NCBI GenBank assembly: GCA_031370645.1
Contig: JANMQV010000047.1
Location: forward strand, 1-54,862
Direction of reading: 5' to 3'
Length of the DNA: 54,862 nt
Origin: Candidatus Eiseniibacteriota bacterium
GTDB lineage: Bacteria; Eisenbacteria; RBG-16-71-46; SZUA-252
The position numbers were made by a program, and so were the translations under genes. The notes below the pieces were generated by a model. The model did not search any database, had not been told where the DNA came from, and saw nothing but the letters and a program-made list of their open reading frames with translations. This document shows, one piece after another, positions 37,243 through 50,200 of this stretch; within the stretch, counting starts at the first letter, position 1; each line of letters starts with the position of its first letter.

Positions 37243-38218
37243 GCCTTGTCGCCGTCATTCCAGCGGCCGGCTCGGGCACCCGCCTCAAGCCTCACACCGA
37301 CAAGACTCCGAAGCCGCTCCTGGCGGTCGCCGGAAGGCCGATTCTCGCCCACATCCTCGAGCGCGTCGCCACCGCGCGGCCCGATCACATCGTGCTCGTG
37401 GTCGGTCCCGGCGCGCATGGGGAACGGCTCCGGTCGTACGCCGCATCGCGACGTGATCTCCCCATCACCTGCGTGCTCCAGGAAGCACCGCATGGGCTAG
37501 GGCACGCGATTTTTCAAGCGCGGGAGGTCGTCGGCGATGCACCCGTCCTGATCGTGCTCGGAGACACGATCGTGGAAGCCCCGCTCGACCGGCTCGCCGC
37601 CGAAGGGTCCTGGATCGGCGTGAAGGAAGTGGACGACCCCCGGCGGTTCGGAGTCGCCACGGTTCGCGATGGCCGGATCACGGCACTCGTCGAGAAGCCC
37701 GATCATCCGGAGACGAACTTGGCGGTCGTGGGGCTCTATGCCATCCGGAATTCGGCGCTCCTCTTTCAGGAGCTTGAATCGCTGGAGCGGGGCGGGACCC
37801 GGACGCGGGGCGAAATCCAGCTAACCGACGCCCTTCAAGCCCTTCTGGCCGCGGGCGAGGAACTCCGCCCTTTTCCGGTAAAAGGTTGGTATGATTGCGG
37901 CAACACGGAGGCCCTGCTGGATGCGAACCGGGCGCTCCTGGAAGCGCGCGCCGACTCGGTAAGCCGGGCGGGCGTCGTCGTCGTGCCGCCCGTCGCGGTC
38001 GACCCAAGCGCCGACGTGCGCGATTCCGAGATCGGGCCCTACGCCTCCATCGGACCGGGGGTGACTGTGCGCCGGTCGGTCATTCGCCACTCGATTGTCA
38101 ACGAAGGCGCCACCGTCGAGGACGCGCTCTTGGATCACGAGGTGATCGGAGAGTCGCAAGTCGTCCGCGGGTCGAATCGGCGCCTCAATGTCGGAGACTC
38201 TTCGGAGGTCGAGCGTTC

Positions 38219-38222
<4 letters not shown>
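37239..38222 (+). CDS. Sugar-phosphate nucleotidyltransferase (glucose-1-P thymidylyltransferase long-form-like)
   Basis: [14 protein letters not shown]...[33 protein letters not shown]-terminal beta-helix-like segment. Confidence 0.9.
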
Positions 38223-40688
<2,466 letters not shown>

Positions 40689-40703
40689 GCCGGGCGACAC
40701 GCG

Positions 40704-43076
40704 ATGGGGTTCCTAGGACGGATTTCCGTCCGGCGCAAGCACCAGATCCTGGGGCTTTGCCTTCTCTCGATCGCGCTCTTCCTGTCGCTGGCGCTCGCGA
40801 CACGCGACGCGCGTGACACGACGACCGATCTTCTCGCGTCTGGCGCCGTTCGAAATCAGGCGGGGGTGCTCGGCGCGCTCGCCGCGACCGGACTCGCGGG
40901 CTTCCTCGGGGCGGTCGGCGCCTGGGCCGTTCCCCTCGGGCTCCTCGCCTGGGGCTGGAACCGGCTCCGGTTGAAAGCACCCACCGACCTCGCCATCCGC
41001 ACCGGGCTTGCCGCCGCGGCGCTATGGGTCGGCATCGGGCTTCTCTATCTCTTGAGCGCGGGAAACCGCGCTTGGGCCGGCGCGCTCGGCGAATGGATCG
41101 GCGCCGGCTCCGCACGGCTCCTCGGTCGAATCGGGGCGCAACTCGCCCTCGGAACCTCGCTCATCATCGTCACCGCCGTCGCCTTCGAACTCGGCGCCGC
41201 TTCGCCGCTCCGCCGCGCGCTCGCCGGAATGTTCGGCGGGTTCCTCTCGCGCTTCGGAGGCGATACGAAACAGAAGCGGAAGGGCGCCGAGGCGAAGGCG
41301 GCCACGGACGCCGCGGGCGACGACGTCGAAACCGTTCCCACGAAGGCGCGCCGCCGCCGGCTTGCTCCCGCCGACGAGGAAGCGGCGCTGGCGAGCGCGT
41401 TCGCCCCGGAGGCGGCACGCGGTTCGCGGGACGCCAAGAACGCCGCGGCGAATAGCGGCCCGCGTATCATGGGCCGTTCGTCGCCGGCACCGAAGGCTGA
41501 GTCGCTCCCGATTCCATTTCCACCTTCGGCGGGTGTTTCGCCCACGGTTGGGAAGGGCGACAAGCAACGCTCCGGCGCGGGTGGCGCGGGTGAACCGGGA
41601 GGCCTCCAACTCGGCGCCGCCAAGGCTCCCGACACGCCCCTCCCTCCGATCGAGCTCCTCGACGCGCACGAGTCGCAGGTCGTGGCGGTGAACGAGGCGG
41701 AACTCCTCGAACTCTCCCGCGTCCTGGAACGGACGCTCTCCGACTTCGGCGTGGCCGGGAAGGTTTCCGAGGTTCATCCCGGCCCCGTGATCACGCTCTT
41801 CGAGTACGAACCGGCGCCGGGGGTGAAGGTGAATCAGATCCTCAACCGGCAGGACGATCTGGCGCTCGCGCTCCGGGCGCAGCGAATCCGCATCGTCGCG
41901 CCGATTCCCGGAAAGGCCGCGGTCGGAATCGAAATTCCGAATCGCGTGAAGCAGATCGTTTCGTTCAAGGAGATCGTCCTCTCCGCGGCGTTCCAGCAGG
42001 GGAAAGACGCGCTTCCGATCGCGCTCGGAAAGGACGTGGCCGGCGTTCCGTTCACGACTTCGCTCGAGAAGATGCCGCATCTTCTCGTCGCCGGCGCCAC
42101 CGGCTCCGGGAAGAGCGTGTCGGTGAACGTTTTGATCATGAGTCTCCTCATGCGGCGCACCCCGGCGGAACTTCGCTTCATCATGATCGACCCGAAGATG
42201 CTCGAGCTGACCCCCTACAACGGGATTCCACATCTTCGCATGCCGGTCGTCACCGATCCGAAGAAGGCGGCCCAGGCGCTCCGCTTCTGTGTGAAGGAGA
42301 TGGAGCGGCGCTACCAGATCCTGGCGAAGCACGGGGCGCGTCACATCGAGGGCTACAATCGCCTCGGCCTCGATCCGGCCGAGCACGAAGACGCGAAGCT
42401 CCCGTACATCGTCGTAATCGTCGACGAGCTGGCCGATCTGATGGCGCTCCTGCCGGCCGAGATCGAAGAGCCGATCGGGCGTTTGGCACAGATGGCGCGC
42501 GCCGTCGGGATCCATCTCGTCCTGGCCACGCAGCGCCCGTCGGTCGACGTCATCACGGGCCTCATCAAGGCGAATTTCCCCTCGCGCCTCGCCTTCCAGG
42601 TCGCGAGCCGGACCGATTCGCGCGTCATTCTCGACATGAACGGCGCGGAAAGCCTCCTCGGAAACGGAGATTCACTCTATCTCCCCGCGGGGAAGCCGGA
42701 GCCCTACCGCATCCACGGGGCCTACGTCTCCGGCGAAGAGACCGAACGGGTCGTAGCATTCTTGAAAACTCAAGGCGTCCCCGCGGTCGCCGACGACTCG
42801 GTTCTCGAAACGGTCACGATTTCGGATGAAGGGGCCGACGACGAACTCTACGAGGAAGCGATGCGGCTGGTGGTGCTCCACCAGCAGGCGTCTACCTCCA
42901 TGCTGCAGCGCCGCCTCAAGGTCGGCTACTCGCGCGCCGCCCGTCTGCTCGATCTCCTGGAGGAACGCGGGATCGTGGGGCCGCCCGACGGGGCGAAGGG
43001 GCGAGAGGTGATGCTGACGGAACACGAATTCGAAGAGCGGCGCTCCGGTGTTCCTCCGGTGGAATCGGGCGCGTGA
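40704..43076 (+). CDS. ftsK: DNA translocase FtsK
   Basis: N-terminal TM domain, GPVIT, PHLLVAGATGSGKS, IDPKMLEL, IVDELADLM, ATQRPSVDV, gamma domain LQRRLKVGYSRAAR. Confidence 0.96.
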   Translation: MGFLGRISVRRKHQILGLCLLSIALFLSLALATRDARDTTTDLLASGAVRNQAGVLGALAATGLAGFLGAVGAWAVPLGLLAWGWNRLRLKAPTDLAIRTGLAAAALWVGIGLLYLLSAGNRAWAGALGEWIGAGSARLLGRIGAQLALGTSLIIVTAVAFELGAASPLRRALAGMFGGFLSRFGGDTKQKRKGAEAKAATDAAGDDVETVPTKARRRRLAPADEEAALASAFAPEAARGSRDAKNAAANSGPRIMGRSSPAPKAESLPIPFPPSAGVSPTVGKGDKQRSGAGGAGEPGGLQLGAAKAPDTPLPPIELLDAHESQVVAVNEAELLELSRVLERTLSDFGVAGKVSEVHPGPVITLFEYEPAPGVKVNQILNRQDDLALALRAQRIRIVAPIPGKAAVGIEIPNRVKQIVSFKEIVLSAAFQQGKDALPIALGKDVAGVPFTTSLEKMPHLLVAGATGSGKSVSVNVLIMSLLMRRTPAELRFIMIDPKMLELTPYNGIPHLRMPVVTDPKKAAQALRFCVKEMERRYQILAKHGARHIEGYNRLGLDPAEHEDAKLPYIVVIVDELADLMALLPAEIEEPIGRLAQMARAVGIHLVLATQRPSVDVITGLIKANFPSRLAFQVASRTDSRVILDMNGAESLLGNGDSLYLPAGKPEPYRIHGAYVSGEETERVVAFLKTQGVPAVADDSVLETVTISDEGADDELYEEAMRLVVLHQQASTSMLQRRLKVGYSRAARLLDLLEERGIVGPPDGAKGREVMLTEHEFEERRSGVPPVESGA

Positions 43077-44485
43077 GCGAAACGATTTCACTTCTCCCCG
43101 CGCGCCCCGGCCCCGCGAAGGGCGCCGTCGCGGAGCGCCCGGCCCGCGTCGCTCTCGTGACGCTCGGCTGCGCGAAGAATCTCGTCGACTCCGAAATCAT
43201 GGCGGGACTCCTGGCGCACGGCGGTTTCACGATGACCGGCGACCCGTCGACGGCGGAAGTGGCGATCGTCAACACGTGCGCGTTCATCGGTCCGTCCCAG
43301 AAGGAGTCGATCGACCGCATTCTCGAACTCGCCGCCTTGAAACGGGAGGGGACGCTTCGCGGGCTCGTGGTCGCGGGTTGCCTGGCGCAGCGTTTTCAGA
43401 GCGAAATTCTTCGCGAGATTCCCGAAGTCGACGCGGTGGTCGGCACGGGGCAGGTGGACGCGATCGTCCGCGTGGCGCATCGCGTGAGACGCGGCGACTC
43501 GGAGCGGATTCTCGAGGTCGGCCCTCCGGGGACCGCCGTCGACCTGACCGCGCACCGCGCCATCTCCACACCTCGTCACCTCGCCTATCTTCGGATCGCG
43601 GACGGCTGCGATTTCCGCTGCACCTTCTGCATCATTCCCGCGCTTCGAGGCGATCTCCGAAGCAGGACGATCGAGTCGGTCGTGGAGGAAGCGGGACGGC
43701 TGGCCAAGTCGGGCGTCCGCGAGCTCCACTTGATCGCCCAAGACTCCACATCCTACGGCGAGGATCTCTACGGAGAGGCCCGCCTTCCTGAATTGTTGCG
43801 CGCGCTGACGGCGGTGGAGGGAGTCGATTGGATCCGCGTTCACTACACGCACCCGAAGACTTGGAGCGAACGGCTGATTCAGGTGTTCCAAGAGGAGACG
43901 AAGGTCTGTAACTACGTCGACATCCCGCTTCAGCACCTGACCGATCCGATGCTTCGCCGAATGCGGCGGGAGGTGAAGCGGGCCGACACGGAACGGCTCT
44001 TCGCCATGCTGCGGGAGCGGATTCCGGACGTGGCGATTCGCACCCACTTCATCGTTGGATTCCCGGGCGAAACGGACGAGGACTTCGAAGAACTCCTGGC
44101 GTCGGTGGAGCGGGCCGACTTCGATCATGTCGGCTGCTTCGCCTACTCGAGGGAAGTCGGCACTCCGGCGGCGAAAATGAAGGAACAAGTCCCGGAACGC
44201 ATCAAGCTGGAGCGGCGGCGCCGCCTCATGGACGCGCAGCGCGAGGTCGCGACGCGCGTGTGGGGCCGGTGGGTCGGGCGCACGGTGGAGGTCCTCGTGG
44301 ATGGACCCTCTCCGTCGCGGTCGGGTGCGTGGGTCGGGCGCGTGGCGCAGCAGGGATACGAGGTCGACGGAGTCACTCACGTCCGGGGCGGCAACGGGGT
44401 CGCGACACCCGTACCGGGCACGTTCGCGCGGGTACGCATCACCAAGGCCCGCCACTACGACTTGGAAGGGGAGGTGGTTGCGTGA
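43073..44485 (+). CDS. rimO: Ribosomal protein S12 methylthiotransferase
   Basis: LGCAKNLVDSE, NTCAFI, GCLAQR, AYLRIADGCDFRCTFC, YVDIPLQH, EVDG, TRAM domain. Confidence 0.95.
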   Translation: MSETISLLPARPGPAKGAVAERPARVALVTLGCAKNLVDSEIMAGLLAHGGFTMTGDPSTAEVAIVNTCAFIGPSQKESIDRILELAALKREGTLRGLVVAGCLAQRFQSEILREIPEVDAVVGTGQVDAIVRVAHRVRRGDSERILEVGPPGTAVDLTAHRAISTPRHLAYLRIADGCDFRCTFCIIPALRGDLRSRTIESVVEEAGRLAKSGVRELHLIAQDSTSYGEDLYGEARLPELLRALTAVEGVDWIRVHYTHPKTWSERLIQVFQEETKVCNYVDIPLQHLTDPMLRRMRREVKRADTERLFAMLRERIPDVAIRTHFIVGFPGETDEDFEELLASVERADFDHVGCFAYSREVGTPAAKMKEQVPERIKLERRRRLMDAQREVATRVWGRWVGRTVEVLVDGPSPSRSGAWVGRVAQQGYEVDGVTHVRGGNGVATPVPGTFARVRITKARHYDLEGEVVA

Positions 44486-45171
44486 GAGGGGCCTGGCTGG
44501 CCGCCGTCGTGTTGACGGTGGCGACTGGAGGTGCCGTGGCGCCGGTAGAAGCGGAAACTTCGCTCCCGCGCACTCACATCGCGATGTTCGATTCGGTGGC
44601 TTCGATGGTGGCGTCCGAACTCTTGCCGGTGGGTGCGATTCCCGCCGGCCGTTCGGTCGAGATCACGACGCCGGTTCCGGGCGACACGCTCACCCTCTTC
44701 GAGCAGCGCGTCGTTCAGCGGCTCCGGAACGACGGTGTCACGGTGCGGGTTGGTCCCGCCACCACGGCACCGGCGGTCGATCCCGTCACGGGCGAGCCGC
44801 GCGTGGAGACCGCCGCTCCGGTCACGGAGAGCGTCGTTCGTCTCGGGCTCCGCGTGGAGTCGAGGAGCGTGCTCTTCGTCCGGCGGATCGGCAAATTCCC
44901 CTTCGGGACGCGAGGGTATGAGCGACTCGTCTCCCTTCAAGCGCAGGCGCGGCTCGTGGACGCCGCGAACGGAAACGTCCTTTGGGCGAAGACCGCGGCG
45001 CGCTCCGCGAGCGACGTGCTCGGCGCGCACGATCTCGACACCGCCGCTTCGGGGACCGGCATGTTTCGGCCCGCCGTTCCGCGCGGAACCGCGTTCGGAT
45101 TCTTGGAGCCTTTGATCGTTACCGGCGTGGTGGCCGGGCTGGTGATCCTGTTCTATTCGAATCGAACGTGA
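44482..45171 (+). CDS. Hypothetical exported protein with C-terminal TM helix
   Basis: GTGA overlap with rimO and GGAGG RBS; N-terminal signal; C-terminus FLEPLIVTGVVAGLVILFYSNRT. Confidence 0.7.
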   Translation: MRGAWLAAVVLTVATGGAVAPVEAETSLPRTHIAMFDSVASMVASELLPVGAIPAGRSVEITTPVPGDTLTLFEQRVVQRLRNDGVTVRVGPATTAPAVDPVTGEPRVETAAPVTESVVRLGLRVESRSVLFVRRIGKFPFGTRGYERLVSLQAQARLVDAANGNVLWAKTAARSASDVLGAHDLDTAASGTGMFRPAVPRGTAFGFLEPLIVTGVVAGLVILFYSNRT

Positions 45172-45211
45172 CGCGGGGGACGGTGGTTCCTCCAGGAGGG
45201 AGGGGCAGAGG

Positions 45212-45946
45212 ATGGGCATGACGCTCGCCGCGCGCCAGCATTGGGTGCTCGGCAGGGACGCATTCGAACGGGGCCGGTACGACGAGGCGGCCGGGGAACT
45301 GGAACAGGCGATCGCGCTCGCGCCCGAGTTCCCCGACCTCCACAATTTGCTCGGCCTTTCACTCGGCATGTCGGGGGAGCGCGATCGCGCGGTCGCCTGC
45401 TTCCAGCGCGCGCTGCAGATCAATCCGCATTACGTGGAGGCGAGGCTGAATCTGGCCATCGTCTACAACGAGATGGGCCGCTACGACGAGGCGCTGCGCG
45501 AATTCCGCACCGACCAGCCGCGCGACCCCGACCACGGCAATCTATCGCCGGAGGTCCGCGCCTACCTGGCCGAATCGCACGTCCTGCTCGGCGACACGTA
45601 CCGAAATCTTGGGCTCACGCTCGACGCGTCGCAGGAATACAAGCGGGCGCTGAAAGTCGCGCCGCAGTTCCTCGACATCAAGAACAAGCTCGGCGCGACC
45701 TACGGCGACATGGGGCTCTACGAGGACGCGGAGGCGGAGCTCACCGCGGCGCTGACTCAGAACCCGCGCTACCTCGAGGCGAGAGTGACACTCGGAGTCG
45801 TCCTTCACCGTTCGGGACGCCCGCATCGTGCCCGCGAAGAGTGGGAGCGCTGCGTGCAGGAGGATCCGGGTCATGTCCGCGCCCGGGCCTACCTCGAACT
45901 CCTCGATCGGGAGGGCGCATCTCCGGAGGGCGCGCGGCGACGATGA
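45212..45946 (+). CDS. Tetratricopeptide repeat protein
   Basis: Several TPR-like units (A...F..AL.INP.Y.EA..NL); no signal peptide. Confidence 0.85.
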   Translation: MGMTLAARQHWVLGRDAFERGRYDEAAGELEQAIALAPEFPDLHNLLGLSLGMSGERDRAVACFQRALQINPHYVEARLNLAIVYNEMGRYDEALREFRTDQPRDPDHGNLSPEVRAYLAESHVLLGDTYRNLGLTLDASQEYKRALKVAPQFLDIKNKLGATYGDMGLYEDAEAELTAALTQNPRYLEARVTLGVVLHRSGRPHRAREEWERCVQEDPGHVRARAYLELLDREGASPEGARRR

Positions 45947-46698
45947 GCCGTCTTCGGATCCTCCTCCTCGCGGCACCGCTTCTCGTCGCCGGCTGCGGCG
46001 GCACGCTTCAAGAGCGAACCGGCGGGATCGCCGACTACGAGCGCGGAAAGAAAGCCTACGACGAGACGAATTGGTCCGACGCCGTGCTCGACCTGAAGGC
46101 GTACGTCGAGGCCTACCCCGGGACCGAGCGTACCGACGACGCGCTCTACTACCTCGGCGACGCCTATTTCCACATGCGGGACTTCGCGCTCGCATCGGGC
46201 CAGTTCGACCGGCTCCTTCGAGACTTTCCCTCCTCGGTCTATGAGGCGGACGCCCGTTTTTACCTGGCTCGCTGCGACGATCTGCAGTCGCACGGCGCCA
46301 TGCTCGATCAGACGGAGACGGAGCGCGCCATCACGCGTTACCGCGAATTCCTCGGCGCTCACCCCGGTCACGCGCGGGCGGCTGAAGCCACCGCACGGAT
46401 CGCGGCGCTCCGGGACCGGCTGGCCGAGAAGCGGTTCAAGGGCGGCCGGCTCTACACCCGGCTCCGCGAATTCGACGCCGCGGAGCGCTATTTCCGCGGG
46501 ATCATCGCCGACTATCCGGAATCGCGCTGGGCCGCCGATGCCGCACTCCTTCTCGCGGAGACGCAGGTGAAGCGGGGCCACCGGGACGAAGCGCTGGGGA
46601 CGATCCGGTCCGTGCCGCCCGGTCTCGCGCGGCCCGAGACACAGCGGAAGCTCGAAGAGCAGCGGCGTCTCCTCGAAGGCGGGACGGCTTCCAAGTGA
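45943..46698 (+). CDS. bamD: Outer membrane protein assembly factor BamD
   Basis: Lipobox LVAGC; YP, FPSS, DQTET..AI, LRDRLAEK, DYPES motifs. Confidence 0.88.
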   Translation: MSRLRILLLAAPLLVAGCGGTLQERTGGIADYERGKKAYDETNWSDAVLDLKAYVEAYPGTERTDDALYYLGDAYFHMRDFALASGQFDRLLRDFPSSVYEADARFYLARCDDLQSHGAMLDQTETERAITRYREFLGAHPGHARAAEATARIAALRDRLAEKRFKGGRLYTRLREFDAAERYFRGIIADYPESRWAADAALLLAETQVKRGHRDEALGTIRSVPPGLARPETQRKLEEQRRLLEGGTASK

Positions 46699-47285
46699 AG
46701 CGCCGCGTCGGGATCTTCGGCGGCACCTTCGATCCGGTGCATATGGGGCATCTCCTGATGGCGGAAGAGGCCGTGGAGCGGCTGCGCCTCGACCGGCTCA
46801 TCTTCCTGCCGGCGGGACGCCCCGCCCACAAACGCGACCGAAGCATCACACCGGTGGAGCATCGCCTTGCCATGCTTCGGCTGGCCGTGCGCGGCAATCC
46901 GCGCTTCGCCGTTTCGCGTTTGGAGGCCGATCACGAGGGGGTGACCTTCACGGTAGATTCGCTCGAGCGCTTCGCGAAATCGGAACGCGCCGAGCTCTAC
47001 TTCGTGATGGGGCAGGACAGCCTCGACGAGTTCCGCACGTGGCGCGATCCAGACCGGATCCTCGCGCTGGCGCGGCTCGCGGTGGTTCCGAGGGGCGAGA
47101 TCGAACGCCCGAGTCTCGACGCGGCCGTTCGGCGCCGCGTCGTCTTCTTGAAGCCTCCCCGCATCGGCATCGCCGCCTCGGAAATCCGGCGGCGCCTCGG
47201 CCGGAAACGGACCGCGCGCTACTGGCTCCCCGATTCGGTCCTCGCCTACATCAAACGACATGGGCTCTACGGACCCCGGCGTTAA
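46695..47285 (+). CDS. nadD: Nicotinate-nucleotide adenylyltransferase
   Basis: GIFGGTFDPVHMGH, PAHK, MGQDS, W, ASEIR, YI..HGLY. Confidence 0.95.
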   Translation: MKRRVGIFGGTFDPVHMGHLLMAEEAVERLRLDRLIFLPAGRPAHKRDRSITPVEHRLAMLRLAVRGNPRFAVSRLEADHEGVTFTVDSLERFAKSERAELYFVMGQDSLDEFRTWRDPDRILALARLAVVPRGEIERPSLDAAVRRRVVFLKPPRIGIAASEIRRRLGRKRTARYWLPDSVLAYIKRHGLYGPRR

Positions 47286-50200
47286 GGGCGCGTCGCTCCT
47301 TCTGGTCGACGGATCGGCGCTCCTCTACCGATCGCACTTTGCCTTCATTCGGAATCCGCTTCGAACCGCGAAGGGGGAAGTGACCAGCGCGGTCTTCGGC
47401 GTCCTGCAGATTCTGCTCCCCGTTCTGGAACAGCGCAAACCCGACCGCGTGGCCATCGTTTTCGACACCGCCGCGCCCACGTTTCGCCACCGCGTCTACA
47501 CGGAGTACAAGGCGCATCGCCCGCCCATGCCGGAGGATCTCGCGGCGCAGATTCCGCGCGTGCGTGAGTCGCTCCGGCTCCTCGGACTTCCGATTATCGA
47601 GCAGGAGGGAGTCGAGGCGGACGACCTCATCGGCACGCTGGCGAAAGAGGCGGAACGGGACGGCGCGACGGCCTGGCTCCTGACGAGCGACAAGGACTTC
47701 TTCCAGCTCGTTTCGGATCGCATTCTCATCCTCTCGCCGCGCGGCCGGGGCGGCGATCTCGCCGTCGTCGACCGGCATGGCGTGCGGGAGCGCTACGGCG
47801 TCGCGCCCGAAGAAATGATCGATCTCCTCGCCCTGATGGGGGACGCGTCGGACAACGTTCCCGGCGTTCCCGGCGTGGGCGAGAAGACGGCGGCGCAATT
47901 GATCCAGAAATTCCAGACGATGGAGAAGCTCTACGCTTCCCTCGATCAGGTGGAGCGGGCGTCGCTCCGCGAGAAACTCCGCGTGAACGAGGAGCAAGCG
48001 CGTCTCAGCCGCATGCTTGCGACGATTCGCGCGGACCTTCCCGTCGACCGCCACTGGTGGGAATTGAAGCGAGAGCCGGTCGACTACGCGGGGCTTCTGC
48101 CGTTTCTCCAATCGCTCGAGCTCCACACGCACCACCGGCGATTTACGAACGAAGCGGTGGCGGCCGGCGTCACGCTGCCAAAGGCGGCGCCCGTGCGCGG
48201 TGACGCGGCGGCCACGACAACCGGTTCCGCTGCGGCAGTCGGCGCCGGCGCGCCCGCGGCCGTAACGCTCTCTGCCGGAGCGGCGCCCGGCGGCCCGCTC
48301 TCCGAGCCCGGCGATCTCTTTCCGGAATCCGTACGGCCTGCGACTGGGACGAAGGGCGCGCGAGGCGGGAAGGTTTCGAAGGGAAAGAGTGGCGGCGCGA
48401 CGTCCTCCGCCGATCGAGGCGTGTTCGACGAGGCCGACGCGGCGGGAAGCCGTGGCGCTGGTGTCGACATCGCGGTCGAGGCCACGCACCTTCGCGCCCC
48501 GATCGGGCGATATTCCATGGTGACCGACGGGGCAGGCCTCGAATCGCTCACGCGCGCACTCGCATCAGCGAAGGGCCCCGTCGCGTTCGACACCGAAACG
48601 ACCGGGCTCGATCCGCATCGCGCGGACCTCGTCGGCATCGGACTCGCACTGTCGGAGGGGGAGGCGTTTTACCTTCCGATCGGCCACGTGACCGGCCCCA
48701 ATCTGGACGCGGATCGTGTCCGCGAGGCGCTTCGACCCTTCTTCGACGATCCGAAAGCGCGCCGGGCGGCCCAGAACGCGAAGTACGACTGGCATGTCTT
48801 CCACAAGTTCGGCATCCCCGTGCGCGATATCTCCGACGACACGATGGTGGCCGCATTCCTCTCCGATCCCGACCGTCCGAAGAATCTCGACGCCCTCGCC
48901 GCTTCGCGTCTCGGAATCGAGAAGATTCCGACGGAATCGCTCATCGGTCCCCGCGGGAAAGACCAGAAAAGCATGGCCGATCTGCCGGTGGAGCAGGTCG
49001 GTGTCTATTGCTGCGAGGATGCCGACGTCGTGCTCCGCCTCCTCCCGATTTTGGAGAAGGAACTGGTGGCGGTCGATGGGCTCGCGCTCTATCGCGAGGT
49101 CGAGGTTCCCCTCGTCGGGGTGCTCGTGCGGATGGAGCGGGCCGGCGTGAAGATCGACACGGCGGCGCTGGAGGAGATGTCGAAGTCGCTCGGCGCCACC
49201 ATGCAGCGGCTCGAGCTCGAGATCCAGGAGTCGGCGGGGGTGCCGTTCAACGTGAAGTCGACGCGACAGGTCGCGGAAGTGCTCTTCGAGCGGCTCCAGC
49301 TCCCGAAGGGGAAGCGGACGAAGGACGGTTATTCGACCGACGAAGAGGTGCTCGAGACGCTGGCCCCGCTCCACCCGATTCCGCGGCTCCTTCTCGAGTA
49401 TCGTCAGGCGCAAAAGCTCAAGTCGGCATACGTCGATTCGCTGCCGAAGTTGGTCCACCCCGACACGGGGCGCGTTCACGCGACGTTCCATCAGACCATC
49501 GCCTCGACCGGACGGCTGAGCGCGAGCGACCCGTCGCTTCAGAATATCCCGATCCGTTCGGAGGAGGGGCGGGCGATCCGGAAGGCGTTCATCGCCGAAG
49601 GGAAGAACGGGCGGCTCGCTTCCTACGACTACTCCCAGATCGAATTGCGCCTCCTGGCGCACTTCTCCCACGATCCGGTCCTGGCGGAAGCGTTCCGGAC
49701 CGGGGGCGACGTCCACACGGCCACGGCCGCGCGCCTCTTCGGCGTCGCGCCGGAAGCCGTGACGCCGGCCCAGCGGTCGCAGGCGAAAACCGTGAACTTC
49801 GGAATTCTCTACGGGATGGGCTCCGCGCGCCTGGCGCGGGAGCTCTCCCTCTCGCGATCGCTCGCCTCCGCGTTCATCGACGAATACAAGAAGACCCATG
49901 CCGGCGTGGCGAAGTACATGGAACAGATGCTCGCCCAGGCCAAGGAGCGGGGCTACGCCGAGACGATGCTTCACCGTCGCCGTCCGCTTCCGGGGCTGCG
50001 GGACCCGCACGAGGGGCGTCGCGCGGAGTCGGAGCGCGCCGCGATCAACTCGCCGATTCAGGGCTCGGCGGCGGATCTCATCAAAGTGGCGATGGTGAAG
50101 ATCGACGCGCTCCTCACGGAGCGGGGACTCAAGTCGCGGATGATTCTCCAGGTGCACGACGAACTTCTCTTCGAGACCGATACCCACGAGGTCGAGGTTC

